From Vicinamibacterales bacterium (GTDB lineage Bacteria > Acidobacteriota > Vicinamibacteria > Vicinamibacterales > UBA8438), in NCBI GenBank assembly GCA_965116845.1, contig OZ220728.1:3970309-4034308 (forward strand): a stretch of DNA of 64,000 nt. Reading direction: 5' to 3'. Each line of letters opens with the position of its first letter. Position 1 is the first letter of the stretch. The translations under genes and the position numbers were made by a program. The notes beneath the pieces are model-generated. The model was not told the DNA's origin and made no database searches. It saw only the letters and a program-made list of their open reading frames with translations. Below are positions 16,661 to 24,990 of the stretch, one piece after another.

Positions 16661-18669
16661 TAATCAAGCGTCCTCGCCACGCGAAAACCGATGCGCGCGT
16701 TCCGGGTCTCGGAATCGAAGATGAAGCGATCCGCCGAACGGAGGTCATTCGGGGGAGCACTCCAGGAACCGCCTCGACCCACTCGCCCATTGCAGTTACC
16801 GCCCGTCGTCCACGCCGAGCCGTCGCGCGGGGCCCGCGCGTAGTTCTCGTGCGAGCAGTCCTGGACCCATTCATACACGTTGCCGTGCATGTCGTACAGG
16901 CCCCACGCGTTCGCCGCGAACGAGCCCGTCGGCGCCGTCCGATTCGCGTCGTCCCAGCGGCCCTGACGACCCGCACAGTTCGCTCGGCTGCGGCCGCTGT
17001 CGTCGCCCCAGGTGTACCGCGTCGTCGTCCCCGCGCGCACCGCGTACTCCCACTCCGACTCGCTCGGCAGCCGGTACTCGTCCCCCGTCTCCTCCGAGAG
17101 CCACGCCGCATACGCCGTCGCGTCCTCCCACGACACGTTGATCACCGGGCGCCCCCCGCGGCCCCAGCCCTCGTCGCCGGGCCGTTCCCGGCCCGTCGCC
17201 GCCGCGAAGCCGTCGTATTCCTCGAACGTCACCTCGTACACCCCCAGAGCGAACGACGGCACCTCCACCTCGTGCACCGGGACCTCGTCGTCCTCGCAGT
17301 CGCGTCCCGACACGCAGCCCATCCGGAAGCGACCCGCCGGGATGACCACCAGCTCCGGGCACTCCGGGCAGTCCCGGAACACCTCTCCCGGCTCCCGGGC
17401 CCGAGGCGGGTCCACGACGGCGGGGGCGGGCGCCGCCTCGCGCAGCACCGCCAGCCGGTTCGCCGCCAGCGGCGCGTAGATCCCGCTCGGCCAGCGCGCC
17501 AGGTACGCCTCGAAGTCGGCCGCGTTCGTGCTGTCCCGCATCGACTCCCAGAAGACCGTCTCCGCCCGGGTCAGCTCCGCCACCGGCACGCTCGCCGTCG
17601 CCGGTGGCGCCGCTACGGGGGCCGGGACCGTGGCCGGCGGCGAGGGGGCGGCGGCGGAGAGGGCGGCGGCCGGCACCGGCGCCCCCAGAGCGGCCGCGCC
17701 CACCGCGTCCAGGTACCCGGTCGCCGAAGCGTCCCGCGACGTCTGCCAGCCCCGGATGGCCGCCCGCGTCGCCGGACCGAACACCCCGTCCGCCGGCCCC
17801 GGCGAGAACCCCGCCCGCGTCAGCCCCTGCTGCACCAGCCGCCGCGACGCACGGTCCAGGCCCAGGGCCGCCTCCACCGCGCGCGGCTCCACGCCCGTCG
17901 CCGCGCGCAGGTAGTGCTCCCCCAGCAGCGACGCATACTCGTGCGGGCGCTGACGCCCCTCCGTCGACTCCAGCACCCGCGCCCGAACCTCGCGGAACAG
18001 CAACCCGAGCTCCAGCGGCTGCTCCAGGTACGACAGCAACGCCGACGTGTACGGGCTGTTCCGCCCCGTCCCGTCGTCCGCCGTCGTCCCCGCCGCCGCC
18101 GCATACGCCACCAGCGTCTCGTCCCCCAGCAACGCTTCGTTCAGGTCCCCGAAGCTCCCCCGGCTCACGTTGCGCGACGCCCCCGTCCGCTGCATCGACC
18201 GGGCCAGCGGGTTGTTCCGGCACGCGTCCAGGATCACCACCCGCAGGTCCGCGCCCACCGTCGACGCCAGCACGTCGTCCAGCACCACCGCCTCGAACCG
18301 CACGTCCGTGTCCCGCTCCAGACGCGCGTCGACGGGGACGAGGTAGTTCACGCCGTCCATCTCCAGGCCGTGCCCCGCGTAGAACACCAGGGACACGTCC
18401 GCCCCCGCGCTCTCCCGCGTGAACACCCGCAACGCCTCGGTCATCGCCGCCCGGTCCGCGTCCCGCACCGTCGTCACCTCGAACCCGATGCGGCGCAGCG
18501 CCGCCGTCATGTCCGCCGCGTCGTTCCCCGGGTTCGGCAGCGGCCCGATGTGCGCATACGTGCCGTTGCCCACCACCAGGGCCACCCGGCCGGCGGCGAA
18601 CGCGTCCGGCGGCGACGCCACCAGAACGACCGCCAGCAGCAAGAGGGCGCCGAGCTTCGCAGATCGCAT
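16660..18669 (-). CDS. DGR target 2: exported caspase - peptidoglycan-binding domain - FGE/C-type-lectin fusion
   Basis: ATG 18669; signal peptide MRSAKLGALLLLAVVLVASPPDAFAA; FYAGHGLE / ILDACRNNP; PG_binding_1-like GPADGVFGPATRAAIRGWQ; FGE domain as in target 1; C-terminal VR. Confidence 0.92.
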   Translation of the reverse strand: MRSAKLGALLLLAVVLVASPPDAFAAGRVALVVGNGTYAHIGPLPNPGNDAADMTAALRRIGFEVTTVRDADRAAMTEALRVFTRESAGADVSLVFYAGHGLEMDGVNYLVPVDARLERDTDVRFEAVVLDDVLASTVGADLRVVILDACRNNPLARSMQRTGASRNVSRGSFGDLNEALLGDETLVAYAAAAGTTADDGTGRNSPYTSALLSYLEQPLELGLLFREVRARVLESTEGRQRPHEYASLLGEHYLRAATGVEPRAVEAALGLDRASRRLVQQGLTRAGFSPGPADGVFGPATRAAIRGWQTSRDASATGYLDAVGAAALGAPVPAAALSAAAPSPPATVPAPVAAPPATASVPVAELTRAETVFWESMRDSTNAADFEAYLARWPSGIYAPLAANRLAVLREAAPAPAVVDPPRAREPGEVFRDCPECPELVVIPAGRFRMGCVSGRDCEDDEVPVHEVEVPSFALGVYEVTFEEYDGFAAATGRERPGDEGWGRGGRPVINVSWEDATAYAAWLSEETGDEYRLPSESEWEYAVRAGTTTRYTWGDDSGRSRANCAGRQGRWDDANRTAPTGSFAANAWGLYDMHGNVYEWVQDCSHENYARAPRDGSAWTTGGNCNGRVGRGGSWSAPPNDLRSADRFIFDSETRNARIGFRVARTLD
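16668..16791 (-). repeat. DGR variable region VR2 (more diverged)
   Basis: Same 124-nt register as the TR; many A-site changes, plus non-adenine differences (for example TR AGG vs ATC, GCC vs TCC, GTT vs GGT). Confidence 0.75.
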
Positions 18670-18774
18670 TCTTCCCCTCCCCGTTGCGTCGACGCTCTCA
18701 GAGGAACGCCGTCTCGTCAGTGGTGGCCGCGCCCCGTTTCGAGAGGCCGTCATCGGGACGTCTGTTCCAGGATT

Positions 18775-18830
18775 CCAGTCGATGTAGTACGAGACGCGCG
18801 CCCACCTGTGCGCACCCGCGGCCGAGTTCC
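18775..18830 (-). pseudogene. Short 3' remnant of a trypsin-like protease gene
   Basis: ccagtcgatgtagtacgagacgcgcgcccacctg... reads RVSYYIDW, homologous to the end of 5171..6079 and to 22255..22870. Confidence 0.6.
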
Positions 18831-19090
18831 GGGTTCTTGTCGCGATTCCGTAGCGGACAACGGAGCCCGGTCCGTCAGGACATCGGCGCTGCACGGAGAG
18901 CTTCGAGCGTGGTCAACCGGTGCACCCGGCCGCTCTCGTATGCTGCGCAACCGGACCCATCAACGAACATGGTCGGCATTTCTTGGTGGTTGTCAAGGGT
19001 ACGGCCAGACGGTGTTTCCGCCTTCTTCTACCAATTCGATGGAGCGCGGAAAGCTATATGCCGCAGATTCGGGGTCCGGCTCCCAGAGTC

Positions 19091-19107
19091 ACTACCAATT
19101 AGGTAGT
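19091..19107. promoter_or_regulatory. Palindrome ACTACC-N5-GGTAGT, conserved in three cassette copies
   Basis: actaccaattaggtagt; a half-site ctaccaat lies about 65 nt upstream; copies at 23223..23237 and 29843..29858. Confidence 0.4.
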
Positions 19108-19204
19108 CACAAGAACGGTTGGAGCATCGGGCTGGAAACACGGGCCGAGCGTGCACCCGCGTGCCGTACGAGCTGCTGCGGTCGGTCCCGGCGCCGAAGT
19201 AATG

Positions 19205-19925
19205 AGGCGGGTAACCGGCATTGGGCGAGCACTACGCGTTCGGCGGCATCCTGGCCTCGTTGCACGACGTCATGCTCGGCGATGCCCGCTGGCCATGCTG
19301 TTCCGGACCGGAGGCCAGGACAGCCTGAACCCCCGGCTCGACGGGCCGGACGGCTCCTTCATCACCTGAGGACCTCCGAGACCCCGTCGACGCGGACGGC
19401 TGGGGGGTGTCGCGGATCGCATGGGTCACGAATCTGCTGCCCCACATCCGGCAGTGGCGTCCGTGTCCGGCAGGCGCTCGTACGGGCCGAGGCGCGGCAC
19501 ACGACCGGTCACGGCCCTGCTCGACAACCCGCGGGTCGGCGTCCTCCCACCTGGACCGGCGCGGGCCCGTCCTCGCCGCCAACGAACGCGCCCGACGCAT
19601 CCTCCGGAACGGCGACGGGCTGACGGACCGGGGACGGGATGCTCCCGCACGACGGCCGACCAGGCCCGGCTCGAGCGGATGGTGGGCGACGCGCTGCCGG
19701 GCTCCGGACGGGCTGCGGTCAGCGGGTCGATGCGGCTCCGCCGCTCGCCCGTGTTGCCGCCGTTCGTCGTACACGTCAAGCCCGTGCGCGGCCCGCAGCC
19801 CGACTACGGCGCGCGCCATGTCGCCGCGCTCGTGCTGGTCGTCGAGCCGGGGCGCCAGCATCGCCTCGATCCCGAGCGGGTCGCCACGACGCTCGAGCGG
19901 ACACCGGCGGAGGCTCAGGAGCACG
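19205..19925 (+). pseudogene. Regulator-like pseudogene (copy A), frameshifted with the C-terminus missing
   Basis: Segments GEHYAFGGILASLHDVML / MLFRTGGQDSLNPRLDGPDGSFIT* / TALLDNPRVG / DQARLERMVGDALPGSGRAAVSGSMRLRRSPVLPPFVVHVKPV...AALVLVVEPGRQHRLDPERVATTL in different frames. From memory this resembles the sensory part of a LuxR-type regulator family; no HTH is present. Confidence 0.35.
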
Positions 19926-20020
19926 AACCGGTCACATCGCCTCCAGTGCCGGCCCCGTCCGCCGCGCCGCGTCCCCCGGTCACCTCCCGCTGTGCCCTGG
20001 GGGCTCCGCCCCCAGACCCC

Positions 20021-20052
20021 CGGAAAGAGGTAAAGACCTGAAGAAGAAAGAA
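20021..20052 (-). repeat. Conserved AT-rich post-stop element (copy 3)
   Basis: cGGAAAGAGGTAAAGAccTGAAGaagaAAGAAc. Confidence 0.55.
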
Positions 20053-22158
20053 CTAATCCAGCGTCCTCGCCACGCGAAAACCGATGACCGCGTGCCGGAG
20101 CTCGGCATCGACCCTGCTGCGAAGCGCCGAACGGAGGCTCCTCGGGTTGTCGATCCAGGAACCGCCACGAACCACACGACGACCGCAGTCTCCGCCGCGC
20201 GTCCAGGAGGAGCCGTCGCGGGGAGCACCGTCGTAGTCGTCGTGCCAGCAGTCCTCCACCCATTCCCACACGTTGCCCAGCACGTCGTGCAGCCCGAATG
20301 CGTTCGGGCGATAGGCGCCCACCGGCGACGTCCAGAGAACGCCGTCCGTGCAGTCAGCCACCGTCCAGTTGTCGAAGCGCGCCTCGAACGTCCTGTCTGC
20401 ACCGTTGGCGTACGCGCACCCGTCGTCCGGGTCGTCTCCCCAGTGCCGGCGCGTCGTCGTCCCCGCCCGCGCCGCGTACTCCCACTCTGCCTCGCTCGGC
20501 AGCCGGTACTCCTCCCCGGTCTCCGCGCTCAGCCACTGCACGTACGACTGCGCATCTTCCCAGTTCACGCACACCGCCGGATGGTCCCCGGCTTGCGGAT
20601 ACCCCGGGGAGCGCCACGACGCCTCCGAACGCCACTCCCAGCGCCTCTCGTCGGCGTCGAACGCGTAGCACCGGTCGCCCGCGCCGCGACCCGTCGCCGC
20701 CACAAACGCGGCGTACTCGTCCCGCGTCACCTCGTGCACGCCCAGCGCGAAGCGGTCGACCATCACCCGGTGCCGCGGCCGCTCCAAGTCGTAGCTCTCG
20801 TCGTCCCGCCGGTCCGACCCCATCAGGAACTCGCCCCCCGGCACGATCACCATCTCCGGGCAGGTCGGGCAGTCGCGGAACACCTCTCCTGGCTCCCGCG
20901 ACCGAGGCGGGTCTACCAGCGCCGGCGGGGCGCTCGCGGCCTCGCGCAGCGCCGCAAGGCGGTTCGTCGCCAGCGGCGCGTAGATCCCGCTCGGCCAACG
21001 CGCCAGGTACGCCTCGAAGTCGGACGCGTTCGTGCTGTCCCGCATCGACTCCCAGAAGAGCATCTCCGCCCGGGTCAGCTCCGCCGCCGGCACGCTCGCC
21101 GCCGCCAGCGGCGCCGACACGTCGGCCGGCGAGGTGGCCACGGTCGACAGGGCGGCAGACGGCACCGGCGCCCCCAGCGCCGCAGCCCCCGCAACGTCCA
21201 GATAGCCCGTCGCCGTCGCGCCCCGCGACGTCTGCCAGCCCCGGATCGCCGCCCGCGTCGCCGGACCGAACACTCCGTCCGCCGGGCCCGGCGAGAACCC
21301 CGCCCGCGTCAGCCCCTGCTGCGCCAGACGCCGCGACGCACGGTCCAGGCCCAGGGCCGCCTCCACCGCCCGCGGCTCCGCGCCCACCGCCGCCCGCAGG
21401 TAGTGCTCGCCCAGCAGCGACGCGTACTCGTGCGGACGCTGACGCCCCGCCGTCGCCTCCAGCACGCGCGCCCGCACCTCCCGGAACAGCAACCCGAGCT
21501 CCAGCGGCTGCTCCAGGTACGACAGCAGCGCCGACGTGTACGGGCTGTTCCGCCCCGTCCCGTCGTCCGCCGTCGTCCCCGCCGCCGCCGCATACGCCAC
21601 CAGCGTCTCGTCCCCCAGCAACGATTCGTCCAGGTTCCCGAAGCTCCCCCGGCTCACGCTCCGAGACGCACCCGTGCGTTGCATCGAACGGGCGAGCGGG
21701 TTGTTCCGGCACGCGTCCAGGATCACCACCCGCAGGTCGGCGCCCGTCGTCGACGCCAGCACGTCGTCCAGCTCGATCGCCTCGAACCGCACGTCCGTGT
21801 CCCGTTCCAGCCGCGCGTCGACTGGGACCAGGTAGTTCACCCCGTCCATCTCCAGGCCGTGACCCGCGTAGAACACCAGGGACACGTCCGCCCCCGCGCT
21901 CTCGCGCGTGAAGACCCGCAGCGCCTCCGCCAGCGCGTTCCGGTCCGCATCCCGGACCGTCGTCACGTCGAACCCGAGGCGGCGCAGCGCCGCCGTCATG
22001 TCCGCCGCGTCGTTCCCCGGGTTCGGCAGCGGCCCGATGTGCGCATACGTGCCGTTGCCCACCACCAGCGCCACCCGGCCGGCGGCGAAGGCGCCCGGCG
22101 GCGACGCCACCAGAACGAACGCCAGCAGCCAGAGGGCGCCGAGCTTCGCAAATCGCAT
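20053..22158 (-). CDS. DGR target 3: exported caspase - peptidoglycan-binding domain - FGE/C-type-lectin fusion (divergent FGE scaffold)
   Basis: Signal peptide MRFAKLGALWLLAFVLVASPPGAFAA; caspase and PG-binding parts nearly identical to target 2; different FGE scaffold (FALGVHEVTRDEYAAF, HPAVCVNWEDAQSY, LGNVWEWVEDCW); C-terminal VR. Confidence 0.92.
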   Translation of the reverse strand: MRFAKLGALWLLAFVLVASPPGAFAAGRVALVVGNGTYAHIGPLPNPGNDAADMTAALRRLGFDVTTVRDADRNALAEALRVFTRESAGADVSLVFYAGHGLEMDGVNYLVPVDARLERDTDVRFEAIELDDVLASTTGADLRVVILDACRNNPLARSMQRTGASRSVSRGSFGNLDESLLGDETLVAYAAAAGTTADDGTGRNSPYTSALLSYLEQPLELGLLFREVRARVLEATAGRQRPHEYASLLGEHYLRAAVGAEPRAVEAALGLDRASRRLAQQGLTRAGFSPGPADGVFGPATRAAIRGWQTSRGATATGYLDVAGAAALGAPVPSAALSTVATSPADVSAPLAAASVPAAELTRAEMLFWESMRDSTNASDFEAYLARWPSGIYAPLATNRLAALREAASAPPALVDPPRSREPGEVFRDCPTCPEMVIVPGGEFLMGSDRRDDESYDLERPRHRVMVDRFALGVHEVTRDEYAAFVAATGRGAGDRCYAFDADERRWEWRSEASWRSPGYPQAGDHPAVCVNWEDAQSYVQWLSAETGEEYRLPSEAEWEYAARAGTTTRRHWGDDPDDGCAYANGADRTFEARFDNWTVADCTDGVLWTSPVGAYRPNAFGLHDVLGNVWEWVEDCWHDDYDGAPRDGSSWTRGGDCGRRVVRGGSWIDNPRSLRSALRSRVDAELRHAVIGFRVARTLD
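20061..20184 (-). repeat. DGR variable region VR3
   Basis: By hand about 15 substitutions vs the TR, all at TR adenines (coding strand) apart from the G/C switch in the last 5 nt. Confidence 0.9.
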
Positions 22159-22254
22159 TCTTCCCCTCCCAGTTGCGTCGACGCTCTCGGAGGAACGCCG
22201 TCTCGTCAGTGGTGGCCGCGCTCGTTCGAGAGGCCGTCATCGGGACGTCTGTTC

Positions 22255-22870
22255 CAGGATCCAGTCGATGTAGTACGAGACGCGCGCCCACCTGCGCGCA
22301 CCCGCGGCCGAAGCTGACGACGCCGAGCTGCGTCCAGCCCGTCGGCCCGCCCGGCACCACCAGCGGACCGCCGCTGTCCCCCCTGGCACGAGTCCAGCGC
22401 GTCCCTGCTCGTACCCCGCGCACCCCTGGCCGTCCGTGACCGCTGACAGCCGTAGCGCTCAGCGCAGGTCGCGTTGTCGATCACCGGCAGGTCCCACCGC
22501 GCGCAGGCGGTCCGGCAGGGCGCGCGCCGCCACGCGGTACCGTCCCTGTTCCCACGCCGCCGCGCGCCCCCACCGGTCGCCACCGCGCACGCGCCCGGGC
22601 CGAGGTTCGCCTCGATCTGCCCCGACTGCAGCTGCACCGTCTCGAAACCGCGACACCGGCAACGGCGACGACAGCCGGACGAGCGCGATGTCGTTCCCCT
22701 CGTCCGCAGATGCTGCCGAAGGCGTTCGCGTTCCCCGCCATCCCCAGGCTTGGCGTCAAGTTGACTCCCAGCTCCTGGCTCATATCGAGTCCGCCCCCGG
22801 ACTGGGCTCGGACCTCACCCGCGGCGAGGGCCCACAGGACCGCCAACGACCGCCCCCGCTGCGGCGCCGG
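22255..22870 (-). pseudogene. Trypsin-like protease pseudogene (internal deletion plus frameshifts)
   Basis: GDSGGPLVVPGGPTGWTQLGVVSFGRGCAQ, IDNATCAE and a signal-like LAVLWALAAGEVRAQ in different frames; nucleotide-level homology to 5171..6079. Confidence 0.75.
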
Positions 22871-23222
22871 CCGCCGCTCCCCTCAGGAAGCCGCGCCGGT
22901 CGACCGTCGTCGAGCTCGCCGCCACCTTCTGCACGGACAGTTCTCCACCTGTGGAGTTCCGGGTTCTTGTCCCGATTCCGTAACGGAAAACGGAGCCCGG
23001 TCAGTCAGGACATCGGCGCTGCACGGAGAGCTTCGAGCGTGGGTCAACCGGTGCACCCGGCCGCTCTCGTAGGCTGCGCAGCCGGACCCATCAACGAAAC
23101 ATGGTCGGCATTTCCTGGTGGTTGTCAAGGGTACGGCCAGACGGTGTTTCCGCCTTCTTCTACCAATTCGATGGAATGCTGAGGCTATATGCCGCAGATT
23201 TGGTCTCGGCTCCCCCGAGTCC

Positions 23223-23237
23223 CTACCGATTTGGTAG
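23223..23237. promoter_or_regulatory. Palindrome CTACC-N5-GGTAG (copy 2)
   Basis: ctaccgatttggtag in the duplicated leader block. Confidence 0.35.
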
Positions 23238-23703
23238 TCGCAAGAACGGCTGGAGCATCGGGCTGGAAACACGGGCTGAGCGTGCATCAGCGTGCCGTAC
23301 GAGCGCTGGGGTCGGTCCCGGCAACGAAGAATGAGGCGGGTCACCAGCAGGGGCGAGCACGACGCGGTCGGCGGCATCCGGGCCTCGTTGCACGACGTCA
23401 TGCTCGACGATGTCCGCTGGCCTGACCGGAAACGACGGCCGCGAGGCCCCTGGCGACGGCCGAGTGCTCGTCGGGGCCATCTTGCTCACCGGCGTCCGCG
23501 AGGGCCTTCGGAACACGGATCCTGCGCCCAAAGAACCGACCACGGACGCACGTGGCGAGATCCCGGCTCCGGCGAAGTTCCCCGCGGTTGACAGAACCCG
23601 TCTCATCGGACGCCCGCGCGCCGATAACCGAACAAGCCGGATAGAGGCCGCCATCCTAAAGGCTCCCAACAGCCGGCAGATGTTCTAACCCATGCCCCAT
23701 CAC

Positions 23704-24378
23704 TCAGAAGGAGAACGACGCGAGCACCAAGAGTCCCCAGCGGGGTTCCTCCTTGAAGCGAATCTCCGTCTCGCCAGGCGGCAGCGGTTCGTTGGGTCGG
23801 ATGCCATCACCAAGCGTCTTGACCGTCGGATCAAGCAGGACGCCGCCTCCGACGTTGAAACTCGAACGCGCGTCCCTCTTGAAGCCGACCATCAAGCCCA
23901 TACCGATCGCCTCAAGAATTTCGTCTCCACTGGTCTGTATGGCAGCAAACGGTCCGATTCCGATGTCTGCAACTTCGATGATCTGTGAACCGCCTTCCAC
24001 CTCCATCGGTACCTTCTCCGCCTCCAACTGCCAGAAGTAATGGGTCTCCAACAGCACCCGTGGCCGATGATTCGTCATCTTCGTAATCCGCACGACGCCC
24101 TCGACAACTTCCGCCTCCTCTACGCGGTCCTCTGCCCCCACGGTCGCCGACAACCCGAACGCTATCCCGAAGCGTATGCCCAAGAAGTCCCGGTTCGCTG
24201 CCTGCTGCGCGGCCGTTGTCGCGTTCGTCGTCTCGGCGTCATGCCGATCACCGGCGCCTCCGGTGCTTGGCCCGTCTTGCCCTGCTGCCGCCCACGGGTA
24301 CAATACGAGCACTATCAAGACGGCGAACGTGCTTCTCGCGCACGCGCCGAGCGTTTCCGACATCCTCTCTGTTCTCAC
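23704..24378 (-). CDS. Hypothetical exported protein (possibly a beta-rich outer-membrane protein)
   Basis: Hydrophobic leader FAVLIVLVLYPWAAAGQ, alternating beta-like C-terminal part ending ...LLVLASFSF; visibly lower GC than the surroundings. Confidence 0.5.
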   Translation of the reverse strand: MRTERMSETLGACARSTFAVLIVLVLYPWAAAGQDGPSTGGAGDRHDAETTNATTAAQQAANRDFLGIRFGIAFGLSATVGAEDRVEEAEVVEGVVRITKMTNHRPRVLLETHYFWQLEAEKVPMEVEGGSQIIEVADIGIGPFAAIQTSGDEILEAIGMGLMVGFKRDARSSFNVGGGVLLDPTVKTLGDGIRPNEPLPPGETEIRFKEEPRWGLLVLASFSF

Positions 24379-24707
24379 GTCCCTAACTCCTTATCTTCTC
24401 GAACGCGTGACCACGAGACTACGGCGCTCCTGCTCCCCGAGCAGCTTGGCAAGCCGCGCCTTACCGGACCGGGCCGGCTTCTCGACGGCGACGACTCGTG
24501 TGGTGACCGCCGTCGCATCGCTCTGCCCAGCTGCATGCTCGCCAGCTCCATCCTGGACCCAACCCGGACAGAATTCCCACGACCTCGCCGCACCAGCGTC
24601 ACCTCCTGCACCCTGATGGGCACGTCCCGAACGCCTTGTCGTCACCGCCGCTAAGGAGGGCGCGCTGACTTAGGTTGCCATCTTGTGCGGTCCCGGTCAT
24701 GCTCGCA

Positions 24708-24990
24708 GCATGAGGCGAGACTTGGAGTTGGAAGCGACCATCGTCGGAAAGTACAGCGCGGTCGCGCCGGTGTTGGACGAGCGTAGTCGCCGGCTGCGGG
24801 CAGCCGCCGAGTCGGCAGCGTATCGTGGTCCCACCCCACGCTCACCCATACTTCATTGCGGGCCATGTCGAAGGACGGCGAATCGATATAGGTTTGCCAA
24901 CTGCACCCCAAGCGCAGCCCGTTTTCTGCTGTCTTCCCTTGGTTGCCACGTGGCAAGGTAATTCCCGTCACCGTCCTATTCACCGCCGGC
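24708..24990. mobile_element. ISAzo13-like transposase remnants (N-terminal piece on +, internal piece on -)
   Basis: plus: MRRDLELEATIVGKYSAVAPVLDERSRRLRAAAESAAYRG; minus: SFDMARNEVWVSVGWDHDT. Both resemble ISAzo13-family blocks as I recall them. Confidence 0.3.

Noticed and set aside
12086-16724. Long plus-strand ORFs (952 aa and 726 aa; also 16849..19623 and 19639..22317) antisense to the DGR genes
   Set aside because: They are mirror ORFs of the caspase-FGE, RT and Avd genes. Their composition is dominated by R, P and H, and no start context or domains were seen.
19366-19368. A shared in-frame TGA in the regulator-like genes (also 30178..30180) as a recoded Trp or Sec codon
   Set aside because: Both copies carry additional frameshifts and lack the C-terminal domain. 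A shared nonsense mutation inherited through duplication is the simpler explanation.
12900-22200. A CRISPR array or other short tandem repeats
   Set aside because: The repeated 124-nt units are the TR and VRs inside coding sequence, kilobases apart. I saw no regularly spaced short direct repeats anywhere in the window.
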